Shown in pieces: positions 39,176 through 48,522 of a DNA stretch of 64,000 nucleotides (position 1 is the first letter of the stretch; each line of letters opens with the position of its first letter). Source of the stretch: a virus (taxonomy: Duplodnaviria; Caudoviricetes); IMG/VR virus record IMGVR_UViG_3300038345_000076, positions 32,001 to 96,000 of that record; one strand, given 5' to 3'. Both the position numbers and the translations under genes were made by a program. The notes beneath the pieces were generated by a model, which saw nothing but the letters and a program-made list of their open reading frames with translations, did no database searches and had not been told where the DNA came from.

Positions 39176-39721
39176 ATGAAGAAGGATGAAGAGCAAATAT
39201 TGGAACAACCATCATACGATGCGCAGCAGGTTTATCTTTCGTTGATAAACAACGATGCGGAAGAAGTCGAAATACTCCGTACCAAGAAGAAATACAAGAT
39301 TCGCTGGCTCAAGAACGGTCAGTTGGATAAACTTACCCGTCTGCTTCTTCACAAGAAAAGTATTGACAAGCATACGACTACAGGAAATGATGTCTTTGAC
39401 GAGATACACGAAGACACGAAATTGGCTTGCAAGGCTGCTGCTATCATTGTTCTCGACGGGTATTGGAAGTTGAAGTTCCGCTACTGGTATCTGTGGCGTT
39501 GGTTCTACTATGTGCGGCAGTACGACAATATCCAATTGCATAAAATCCTCGAAGTCGGCAAAAAAAAAGTTCCGCTGAATCAGTTCTACATGACTATCAT
39601 GTCATTGACAGAGGCAAAGGATACGCTGATGAGGATGAGAGCGAAGGAAGTAGAAGCTATCCTTCACGCACAAAGTATGGCTCAGCCTTCTCAGACCGAA
39701 AACAAAGACAGTGGCTCGTAA
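39176..39721 (+). CDS. Tail assembly chaperone (G-like) with a -1 slippery site
   Basis: A9 run at 39560-39568 (GGC AAA AAA AAA G). Confidence 0.7.
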   Translation: MKKDEEQILEQPSYDAQQVYLSLINNDAEEVEILRTKKKYKIRWLKNGQLDKLTRLLLHKKSIDKHTTTGNDVFDEIHEDTKLACKAAAIIVLDGYWKLKFRYWYLWRWFYYVRQYDNIQLHKILEVGKKKVPLNQFYMTIMSLTEAKDTLMRMRAKEVEAILHAQSMAQPSQTENKDSGS

Positions 39722-40029
39722 TGCCTCGATACTTTTTCTTCGGTTTGTTTAGGATTCCGATGTATGAATACTATTGGGGGCATACGGCGGCTCAGATTCA
39801 GTTGATAGACAATGATCAGCCTATTACGCTTTACAAGATGTCTGATCCGAATGAAGGTCTGAAGCCTGGCGATAAAGGTTGGAAGCCGAATGCGAAGAAA
39901 CTTGAAAAGACCGTTGAGAATTGGAAGAAGCGCAAGGCAGAGCGAGAGAAGAGGGGATTTAAACTTGACACGTTCTTACGGACTGGCGAGAAAGTTCCCG
40001 TAGATAACGACACAACACAAACTAAATAG
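39721..40029 (+). CDS. Tail assembly chaperone (T-like, -1 frame)
   Basis: The -1 frame is open from the slippery site into this ORF. Confidence 0.65.
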   Translation: MPRYFFFGLFRIPMYEYYWGHTAAQIQLIDNDQPITLYKMSDPNEGLKPGDKGWKPNAKKLEKTVENWKKRKAEREKRGFKLDTFLRTGEKVPVDNDTTQTK

Positions 40030-40039
40030 TAAAATAGTT

Positions 40040-43000
40040 ATGGCATTAGACCCATTGAAGTTTCAGGTTGCCATCCAAGATGATGCGACGAGTCAGTTAA
40101 GTAGTATAGAGGCTGCTTTGAATAGCCTGAAAGACAAGACCATCAGCGTAAAAGTTGAAGGTCTTAGTGATTTACAGAATCTTTTGTCTGCCTTGCAGCA
40201 TCAGCAGGTCAGTAACCTTGGCAAAGATGTAGGCAATGCCATTAACGAGGCATCGAGGAACTTGCAGAAAGAGGCGCAAGATGCTGTAAGGACTTCTCTT
40301 GGAAACTTGGCACAAGACCTTGCTTCCATTAAGACAGCGATTCAGAATGACAACTTTACGGCATTCTCAAATCGCATCCAGACTTGTGCAGAGAAGGTGA
40401 ACTTGCTGGATGAAGCGTTTAAGAAGTTTAAAGTTACCATCGGCGAGAATGAGGAACTGAAGAACCTTCTTACGGGTTTGGGAGCCGCCATCAGGGAAGT
40501 TTCATCTGCAATGTCTGCGATGAACTCCGTGAGGAATAGTGGTGGCGCAAAGGCACAGAAAGAAGAACTGAAACAGCAGGAAGAAGGACTTATAAAGGTA
40601 ACCAATGCTATAGGTCGTGTCCGTGACGCAGCATCGGGTGATGGTGGAGCATCATCCGGCAGTGTTGCTTTTATGGAAAGCATCAACAAGGTCGGTGAGC
40701 GGAATATCCAGACGTTAATAAAAGAGCAGGGTCATATTGAACGTCTGATAGCCATTGCAAAGAAGAGTATCGACTTCGGCGAGGGTCATCCCGTCCTAGG
40801 TATGGGACGTTTGCGTGGCGACCAGATGCAGAATTTACAGAATCTGGAGCAGTTGAAGAACGTCATCAAAGAGATACTTTTTGCTGCCAACCAAGGCGAC
40901 CAAACCGCTATTCGTTTCCTGAACACATTAGGTTCGTTGAAGACCATATCCTTTGGAAAGGACTTAATGGGTAATAACATAACGCTACTTGGTGGTCACT
41001 TCGATCAACTGACTCACAGCGTGACAGGTACGGCTTCGGCTATGCGTCAGTTGAACAAGGATATGCGTCTTGACTTCAACAAGGCTGCAAACAAGGAGAA
41101 ACTTGCAGCAGAAGCAGAGGCGGTAAAGAAACTTGCCGCATCCTATAAGTCTATGCAGCAAGAGTCCAACGCTATGCGTTCGCAGTCGGAATCGGCTCTT
41201 GCATCCCGCATAAGGATGTTGCGGGAACAATCGTCAGACTTACAAAAACTTCTTTCCGTTGGCAAAATCGGATTGGGTGAAGGTCAGTATAATTCAGTAA
41301 GGGATGCACTACGTGAGATAAGAAAAGAGTTACAGCAGATAGAGACTATCACGCAGCGAGGCGGCAACTCTACAGGTCTGTTGCGTTCATTGTCAGTCGG
41401 TCGTGATTACAGTGGTGTTATCGCGTCGGGTCGAGCCGTTGCTGATATGCGTAACAAGCAGGCACAAGAAACGAATCTTGCATCACGCGCTGTATCACAA
41501 CTGACGATGGAAGAGCAGAGGTTGGCGCAGGCGTTAAACCAGGCTACCAACAGCGCAAGAGGTCAGAGTCAGGTATTGAGCGACCTTAAATCTTTGGCTA
41601 CTCAGTACCTTGGTGTTTGGGGTGGTCAACAGTTTTTGAACAACATCATTCAGATTGGTGGTCAGTTGGAAATGCAACGCTTATCAATCGGTGCGATCTT
41701 AGGTGACGCTGCACAGGCGAATGATTTGTTTGAGAAGATAAAAGGTCTGGCCATCCAGTCACCTTTCGGTGTTGTAGAACTTGACCAGATGACCAAACAA
41801 CTTACCGCCTACGGATTTGAGTACAACGAACTGTTTGATATGACCAAACGCCTTGCGGATATTTCCGCTGCTACAGGCACAGGTGTTGACCGCCTTGCCT
41901 TAGCCTTGGGTCATGTAAGAAGTGAGGCAGCGTTATCCGGCTACACTTTGCGTCAGTTCAGTATGGCGAACATACCTCTTGCCCAGAAACTATCCGAAAG
42001 GCTCTCTGAGATAGAACACAGATTTGTTTCGATTGCTGATGTCAGAAAGCGTGTACGAAGCAAAGAAATCGGTTATGAAGATGTTGTTGCTGTTCTGAAG
42101 GAAATGACAGATGAAGGCGGTATGTTCTATCGCGCTCAAGAAACCATGTCACAGAGTGTAAAAGCAAGGTTCAAGAACCTGAAAGACTCTATGGATATAA
42201 TGTATGGCGAAATGGCAGAAAGTAAAGTCGGTGATGGACTGAAAGAGGTGGCCATTACCCTTACAAATCTGACAAGGAACTGGGAGGAACTTGCAGCCGC
42301 AATAGCCACTGTAACAGCATTGTATGGTGGTAAAAAAATGATAGCGTTCCTTAATGCAAATGCCATAAACGCATATTCAAGCAGTATTACACGGCTTGGC
42401 ATGAATCTTGGTTCTCTTACTGCTACAGAGTTGAGGGAACTCGCATATTCTGGTCAGCTTTCTAAACAAAGACTATTAGAAGCTGTTGCGACAGGTCAGG
42501 TTAGTGTTGAGGATGCCAAACTTGCAGCAGCTAAATGGGGGTTGAATAATGCCCAGCTTGCCCAGGTTGCATCTGGTCAGCGAACAATAGCATCATTGAC
42601 CGCTAATTCGATAGCCACAAGCAAATATTCTGTGGCACAATTAAGAGCAATAGCAACAACACGTCAGTTCGCATTAGGCTCAAAAGGTCTTGCCGTAGCC
42701 ATGAATGTCGTTGCTACAAATGCTAAAAAAGCAAGATCAGCCCTTCTTGGTCTCCTGAAAGCCGCTTGGCCTGTAGCACTTATTACTGCTGGTGTAGAGG
42801 CATGGATGCACTATAGAAAACAGAGTGAGCAGGCAGCAGAGGCAGCAGAAAACGCTTTTACTCGCGGAACAGAAAGTGTCAGGAATCTTAGGGATGCGCT
42901 TCAAAGTCTTCCTAAATACGAAATTGTCAACGGTACGGCAAACCTTGACGATGGTGCTTTGCGTAATGGGATCAAAAATGCCGTAAATGAACTGAAGAAC

Positions 43001-46000
43001 TATCACGTATTGGCAAACGACCTTATTGCCAAAGTGAATATGACCGATAGCAACGGTAAACCGATCATGTCACTTGCAGAGCAATATAACTATCTGAGAA
43101 GTCAGGTTGAATTAGCAGAGCAGGCCATGGAAGAGTTTCAGAGGACATCTTCTGCGCAAGAATCTGCTTTAAACTCTACAGGTGGTATAGGTAATGACAA
43201 TGCCCTTGAAGATATAAACGACTATTTTTCTTCAAGGAAGGCTTTTATCGAGAAAACAAACGAGTTTGTAGAAAAATACAAGAATCAGGCTAAAGTTGCC
43301 ATTGATGCTGCAAGGGATGAGGATGAAGCCTTCAGAAAACAGACAGAGGGCATGGCTAATTACGCAGAAATGCTAAGAATCCTTGTTACAGAAACAGACT
43401 CACTTGGCAATAAGATGGATTTCTCGAAGGGCTTTAATGTATTCTGGGGTATGCCTAATATGCAATCAACAGACTTTAGGAGCCTTTGGAGTGGTGTTGG
43501 TGGTCAGTTTAATGAGGCAAAAAAGGAACTTGACAACTGGGCGACAGGTTTCCGTGCTGCAATGGAAGGTAGTTTTGGCTATGACTTTTCCCATCTGACA
43601 GAAGTCCAGTTAGAGAATATCCGCAGACATATATGGGATTTTTCCAACTCTCCAGAATTGAGCAAACTTGACGAAGAGACGAGGAAATGGATTCGTGATT
43701 ATCTTGGAAGAAAGTGGAATATAACTTTTTCAACTAATGCCGAAACCGTTCTTAAAGATTTTGACGAAATGCAGAATCATATAGAGAAACTTGTTGGTAA
43801 AAAATGGGTTATCAAACTGAAGTTGCAGTCTGTCGGTTCTTTTGAAGAGTTGTATGACACCCTTGACAAAGATGTTAAAGAAGCAAAAGAAACCATCAAA
43901 AAACTTGGTACGTCTTTTACAAATGAAAGAAAAAAACAGTTAGAGAGTAACGTCATAGATGATACACAACTATCAGGAAAAGAAAAAGAGTATAGAGACG
44001 CTTACAAAAAACTTAGGAAAGCAAAGGCTGCATCAGACCAAGAAGGTTTCAAGTTGTCTTCATTAGAGGAAAAGGAATCTGGTAGAACTGGTAGAAGTGG
44101 CAGTAAGTCCGAAGACAAGGATGCGCGTCGCCTGCGTGAGATCGTGAAACTTTACAAGGATGCCTACGACTGGTACGGGAAGTACGAGAAGCAGGTGGGA
44201 GAGGGTAGTGCTTTGGCAAAAGTCAAAGAGCAGTTTGAGCCTCTGTTCAAACAATTTGAAGAGCAGTTCAAGCAGAAACTATCCCTTGACTCGATACCTC
44301 TCTATAAGGAGAATCTTGTATCGCTTCTTGACGAGGCACAGAAACTTTACGAGTCGCCCAAGCATAAGAACTCGTACATGGTGGAAGCCATCAAGACAAT
44401 CCGTGATGCCATCAATAACGTGGACTATGAAGAGGCGCAGCGCAAGATGGACGAATATGCAAGCAAGGTACAGATAGAACTCGACGGTCTTACCCGTGCG
44501 TGGGACATGTTTAATAATGTACGTGAGGCTACTGGCAATATTGACCTTGCCGTACAGTTGAGCGGTGCGGACTACCAGGCAGGACAGACACGTAACCTTG
44601 CCGATTCTCTGAAGAAGAAGATTGAGCAAGATTTTGCCTCTGCCAATGCCGTAGCCATACCGTTTGACATCAATATGTCTGACAAAGATATTGAGAATAA
44701 CATCAAGAATGCAATTCCGAAGGAAAGTGAGGAACGTATCAAGGGTATCGTTGAGGAATACAAGAAATGGCGTGACTTGCAGCGTGAGGTGTTTAACGAT
44801 GCCATCAACAACTATGCAAAGATTCTCGGCTCACTGGTTGATCATAAGTCTCAGATAGAGAAGATTGAAGACGAGTACAAAAAGGAGGTTGAACTCCTAA
44901 AAATACTTTTGGATTCTGGTAAAATCACTCAGGAGCAGTATGACAAGGGAGTAGGTATTGCCAGAGGTAATGCCGACTCTAAGGAATGGCAGGCTTCCAC
45001 ATCATATATAAATCTGATGAATAATTCCCTGTCAATGACCCGCTCTGAGATAGAGGCAGCCGCCAATATGCAGCGTGACTATCTGAACAGGGAGTTGGAA
45101 CGCGGTGCTATTGATGCGCAGAAATACGTTGAGGAAATGTCAAAACTCCAGAATCTTGAAAGGGAGTGGAGCGACAAAGGTTTCCTTGGTCTTCGTGGTG
45201 GTGTCGGTGCTTTTCTCAGTGGTGGTAATGATGGGCTACTGAACTATTATCAGACCCGTGCTAAGAAAGCGAGAACTGATTATGCAAATGCCGATAATAA
45301 GAACAGCAAGGATGCAAAAGAGAAACTAAAAGAAGCAAAGCATTATGAGGGGTTGTATAGTTCTCTTGTGAAATTAACTGATGGTGCTAAAAAGGTATTT
45401 ACGGCTTTTCAGACTTTGCAGGCTGGGATAGACCTTGTAGCAAACTTGTTTGACTCTCTTGGAATGAAAGGGGCGGCAACATTCATGAGTGATGTTAGTG
45501 GCGTTCTTGGAAGTGGCTTACAGGGGGCATCAGCATTGTCAGCCCTTGGTCCTTGGGGAATGGCTGCAGGTGCTGGACTTGGACTGCTTGGAGGTTTGTT
45601 TGGTTTACACGACAAAGTCTTGCAGCGTGAGATTGAAAGGCTCCGTGAGGACGTGCAGAAGATTGAGAACAATACAGACTTGATAGTTCAAGCCCGTGAG
45701 CGTACCCTTGGCTATGACACAGGAGATTTGCGTCGCAGTTATGCGCAGCAGTACGCTCCCAATGAAGCAAGACGTCAGAAAATTCTTGCATCAGACGATT
45801 GGTTTAATAAATTTTTAGCAAACACCGCTTGGGGGCAGGGTTTTAACTCCGTTGCTCAGAATGCCATGTACGAATACTATCAAAGGAATAGTGCTGGCAC
45901 AGGTTATCAGCAGCAGTTGGCGAATCTGAAAGCAGAGCGTGAAGACTATATGAGAATGTACGATGCAGAGAACGACAAGAAAGACAGTTCTGGTGAGGCA

Positions 46001-46759
46001 TTGGAGGAATACCGAAAGAAGATTGCTGAGATTGATGATCAGATACTCTATTTCACGGAGGATTTGGCAAAAGAGCTATGGGGTATTGACCTAAAAGGAT
46101 GGGCAAATCAGATTAGCGATTCTTTATGGACTGCTTTTGAGAACGGCGAGGATGCAATCAAGGCTTTCCACGAAACCGCTAAGGATATTATATCTGACGT
46201 TGCGAAACGCATGATGAATATACACCTAATTGAGCCTGTCATGACAAAGTTGGAAGAGGCATTGTTTGGCAAGGTTGGTGCAAATGGAGAACGAATTGGT
46301 GGCGGTGCATATAATATGCAGACAGGTAAGTTTAATGAGAGAGAGACTTTGGAAATTCTTGGTCAATTCTTCGGAGAGGGTGGAGAGTTTGCAAAAGTGA
46401 TAGGTTCCGCTGAGAGTTTCTACGAAATGGCGAAGAAGGTTACAGGCATAGATTTTGGTTCAGATAGTGGCGGTTCTACAAGCAGTACAATCAAGGGTGT
46501 TACAGAGCAAACCGCCGACCTATTGGCAAGTTATGTCAATGCCATCCGTGCAGACGTTTCTGTTATCCAAGCCATGATAGCGCAATACTTCCCGCTGTAC
46601 TATCAAGCATTGACTTCCGGCAACGAAAGGTTGAGGGGGATAGAAAATAATACCGCGGCTATCATGCGGAGTAACGAAGCGATAGAAAAGAGCAATCAGG
46701 CTATCCTCGACAGAATTGACGGACTTAGGAACAATACATGGAGAGTTCCAATGGCGTAA
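40040..46759 (+). CDS. Tape measure protein
   Basis: 2239 aa, Ala/Gln-rich coiled coil; SPFGVVEL...LADISAATG tape-measure domain. Confidence 0.92.
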   Translation: MALDPLKFQVAIQDDATSQLSSIEAALNSLKDKTISVKVEGLSDLQNLLSALQHQQVSNLGKDVGNAINEASRNLQKEAQDAVRTSLGNLAQDLASIKTAIQNDNFTAFSNRIQTCAEKVNLLDEAFKKFKVTIGENEELKNLLTGLGAAIREVSSAMSAMNSVRNSGGAKAQKEELKQQEEGLIKVTNAIGRVRDAASGDGGASSGSVAFMESINKVGERNIQTLIKEQGHIERLIAIAKKSIDFGEGHPVLGMGRLRGDQMQNLQNLEQLKNVIKEILFAANQGDQTAIRFLNTLGSLKTISFGKDLMGNNITLLGGHFDQLTHSVTGTASAMRQLNKDMRLDFNKAANKEKLAAEAEAVKKLAASYKSMQQESNAMRSQSESALASRIRMLREQSSDLQKLLSVGKIGLGEGQYNSVRDALREIRKELQQIETITQRGGNSTGLLRSLSVGRDYSGVIASGRAVADMRNKQAQETNLASRAVSQLTMEEQRLAQALNQATNSARGQSQVLSDLKSLATQYLGVWGGQQFLNNIIQIGGQLEMQRLSIGAILGDAAQANDLFEKIKGLAIQSPFGVVELDQMTKQLTAYGFEYNELFDMTKRLADISAATGTGVDRLALALGHVRSEAALSGYTLRQFSMANIPLAQKLSERLSEIEHRFVSIADVRKRVRSKEIGYEDVVAVLKEMTDEGGMFYRAQETMSQSVKARFKNLKDSMDIMYGEMAESKVGDGLKEVAITLTNLTRNWEELAAAIATVTALYGGKKMIAFLNANAINAYSSSITRLGMNLGSLTATELRELAYSGQLSKQRLLEAVATGQVSVEDAKLAAAKWGLNNAQLAQVASGQRTIASLTANSIATSKYSVAQLRAIATTRQFALGSKGLAVAMNVVATNAKKARSALLGLLKAAWPVALITAGVEAWMHYRKQSEQAAEAAENAFTRGTESVRNLRDALQSLPKYEIVNGTANLDDGALRNGIKNAVNELKNYHVLANDLIAKVNMTDSNGKPIMSLAEQYNYLRSQVELAEQAMEEFQRTSSAQESALNSTGGIGNDNALEDINDYFSSRKAFIEKTNEFVEKYKNQAKVAIDAARDEDEAFRKQTEGMANYAEMLRILVTETDSLGNKMDFSKGFNVFWGMPNMQSTDFRSLWSGVGGQFNEAKKELDNWATGFRAAMEGSFGYDFSHLTEVQLENIRRHIWDFSNSPELSKLDEETRKWIRDYLGRKWNITFSTNAETVLKDFDEMQNHIEKLVGKKWVIKLKLQSVGSFEELYDTLDKDVKEAKETIKKLGTSFTNERKKQLESNVIDDTQLSGKEKEYRDAYKKLRKAKAASDQEGFKLSSLEEKESGRTGRSGSKSEDKDARRLREIVKLYKDAYDWYGKYEKQVGEGSALAKVKEQFEPLFKQFEEQFKQKLSLDSIPLYKENLVSLLDEAQKLYESPKHKNSYMVEAIKTIRDAINNVDYEEAQRKMDEYASKVQIELDGLTRAWDMFNNVREATGNIDLAVQLSGADYQAGQTRNLADSLKKKIEQDFASANAVAIPFDINMSDKDIENNIKNAIPKESEERIKGIVEEYKKWRDLQREVFNDAINNYAKILGSLVDHKSQIEKIEDEYKKEVELLKILLDSGKITQEQYDKGVGIARGNADSKEWQASTSYINLMNNSLSMTRSEIEAAANMQRDYLNRELERGAIDAQKYVEEMSKLQNLEREWSDKGFLGLRGGVGAFLSGGNDGLLNYYQTRAKKARTDYANADNKNSKDAKEKLKEAKHYEGLYSSLVKLTDGAKKVFTAFQTLQAGIDLVANLFDSLGMKGAATFMSDVSGVLGSGLQGASALSALGPWGMAAGAGLGLLGGLFGLHDKVLQREIERLREDVQKIENNTDLIVQARERTLGYDTGDLRRSYAQQYAPNEARRQKILASDDWFNKFLANTAWGQGFNSVAQNAMYEYYQRNSAGTGYQQQLANLKAEREDYMRMYDAENDKKDSSGEALEEYRKKIAEIDDQILYFTEDLAKELWGIDLKGWANQISDSLWTAFENGEDAIKAFHETAKDIISDVAKRMMNIHLIEPVMTKLEEALFGKVGANGERIGGGAYNMQTGKFNERETLEILGQFFGEGGEFAKVIGSAESFYEMAKKVTGIDFGSDSGGSTSSTIKGVTEQTADLLASYVNAIRADVSVIQAMIAQYFPLYYQALTSGNERLRGIENNTAAIMRSNEAIEKSNQAILDRIDGLRNNTWRVPMA

Positions 46760-46765
46760 GAAAGT

Positions 46766-46793
46766 AAAGGAGTGGTTTAATTCCACTCCTTTA
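46766..46793. terminator. Bidirectional terminator
   Basis: AAAGGAGTGG-TTTAATT-CCACTCCTTT. Confidence 0.65.
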
Positions 46794-47138
46794 TTCTTTG
46801 AAATTCAGATGTTCCAATGCTTGCTCGTCAGATGTGACAGTCTTCCTCATAATTATGTGCAAGTCATTACTTGAAGATTTCTCGTCTCCATAACTATCAA
46901 CAAAGACCCATCCGGTTTTGCTTAGATAAGTAATAATCTCCGTGATGTTTTTAAACTTAATAGACTTTCCATCTTCATTAGCCAAGATGTGATTTTTCCC
47001 CAAGAGAAAAACTTTGAAACTTGTACCGTCGGCATGAATATTACAGAAATAGTCATACGCTTCTCCTGGTTTGTCAACTCTCTGTGCGCTTGCGCTAATG
47101 CAGCAGCAAAGTACGATAAAAAACAGAATCTTTCTCAT
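46791..47138 (-). CDS. Secreted/periplasmic moron protein
   Basis: Signal peptide (…ISASA|Q); own TATCTTTG promoter at 47161-47168. Confidence 0.7.
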   Translation of the reverse strand: MRKILFFIVLCCCISASAQRVDKPGEAYDYFCNIHADGTSFKVFLLGKNHILANEDGKSIKFKNITEIITYLSKTGWVFVDSYGDEKSSSNDLHIIMRKTVTSDEQALEHLNFKE

Positions 47139-47320
47139 AATTTTAAAGTTTTAAGTTATGCAAAGATAGTTATTATTATTTATAAAGTTGTATTTACATA
47201 ATAATTTTAAGAGACTTTATGAAAAAACGGCGGCTATGCTCACGCACGACCGCCGACTTACCAATAACTAAAAAACTAAAACTATAAATATTACTACTAA
47301 CCTAAAACAATTAAAATCCT

Positions 47321-47830
47321 CTATTTCAAATAGTCATATTCTTCTTTTACCTTGATGTTTTTGTCTGCAATGATGGTTACATCTGGTGAGTGCTTGATGA
47401 TGACTATTGTCGCCTTATCCGTTTGTTCTGCCTCAATATACGCTTTTTCGTACAAATGGATTATAACGAAACTCTTGTTTCGGGCATATATTTTTACCGA
47501 AGAGTTATCACGTATGTGTATAGAGCCATTATACCAAGCGTTGTATCTGAAAGTGATCTCAGAACTTCCGAGAACCAGACTTTGCTTCGGATTGCACACG
47601 CTGTATTTGTCGTTGACAAAGACATTGCTCTGCCTGAGAAAATCCACGTTGAAATGTCTGATGATAAAGTCATTTGACGGCCAGTGATGTTTGAGGCAGA
47701 AATCCAAGCCTTTATACATCTGTTCGATCATTTTTTCCATCGACCAATCTTTCTTCCAAGATTCCTGCCAAGGCTGGCAAAGTCCGAGGGCAATAGCCTG
47801 ATTCTTCAATTCCTTGTTCAGTTCATTCAT
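47321..47830 (-). CDS. Hypothetical beta-solenoid protein
   Basis: LGLCQPW N-terminus; repeating beta-helix-like C-terminus. Confidence 0.7.
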   Translation of the reverse strand: MNELNKELKNQAIALGLCQPWQESWKKDWSMEKMIEQMYKGLDFCLKHHWPSNDFIIRHFNVDFLRQSNVFVNDKYSVCNPKQSLVLGSSEITFRYNAWYNGSIHIRDNSSVKIYARNKSFVIIHLYEKAYIEAEQTDKATIVIIKHSPDVTIIADKNIKVKEEYDYLK

Positions 47831-47974
47831 TGTTAATAATTTTTCGGCAAAAATATTAAAGAAAATACAAAAACAAAATTCTATTAAAAATAATGTTAAG
47901 TTGATTTGCTCAGATTTCCAATTTGTAAATAATATTCATAAATTCTTATGAATAAATTTGCAAAAAAATCAAAA

Positions 47975-48517
47975 ATGTCAGAAATCAACACATACATACA
48001 ACAGATAAAGTTTGACGGAAATACTTACTCAAAAGGAAGTGTTGTGGATATCAAGGAAACATTCAATATTGTTTGCCAGGATTTCCCTTTTATGAAAAAC
48101 CCAAAGAGCAAAGAACTCCCGAAGCGGGATTGGTCAGATGAAGATGGTCTTGACGTATATGTTCCAGATACTTTACCGATGAAGCATTATGACATTGATG
48201 TTGTATTCCTTTATGTAGGCACTGAAAATAATATTAGGAATGATATTTCCAATTTTATAGATTTTATCTATGGCCGAATAAAGGGCAATAACGGTGATTC
48301 TGTCAAGAGTGCCCTCCTCGCAGTCTATAACGAATATGTTGGAATGGGACGTAAGGATATCGTCGTTTCGGAAGTGGAAAACGAGATTTTCTATATTTCA
48401 GACAACGACCCAGATGCAGTAGGTATTTTTAAGGTTAGGTTTACGGTTTATGACCCGACAACCATTGTTTCTCCTGTTAAAGATTCATCAGGTAAAGTGA
48501 CAGAACTAAGTTTTTAA
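47975..48517 (+). CDS. Distal tail (Dit)-like protein
   Basis: Lies after the tape measure and before the large tail protein; RDWSDEDGLDVY. Confidence 0.6.
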   Translation: MSEINTYIQQIKFDGNTYSKGSVVDIKETFNIVCQDFPFMKNPKSKELPKRDWSDEDGLDVYVPDTLPMKHYDIDVVFLYVGTENNIRNDISNFIDFIYGRIKGNNGDSVKSALLAVYNEYVGMGRKDIVVSEVENEIFYISDNDPDAVGIFKVRFTVYDPTTIVSPVKDSSGKVTELSF

Positions 48518-48522
48518 TAGAA

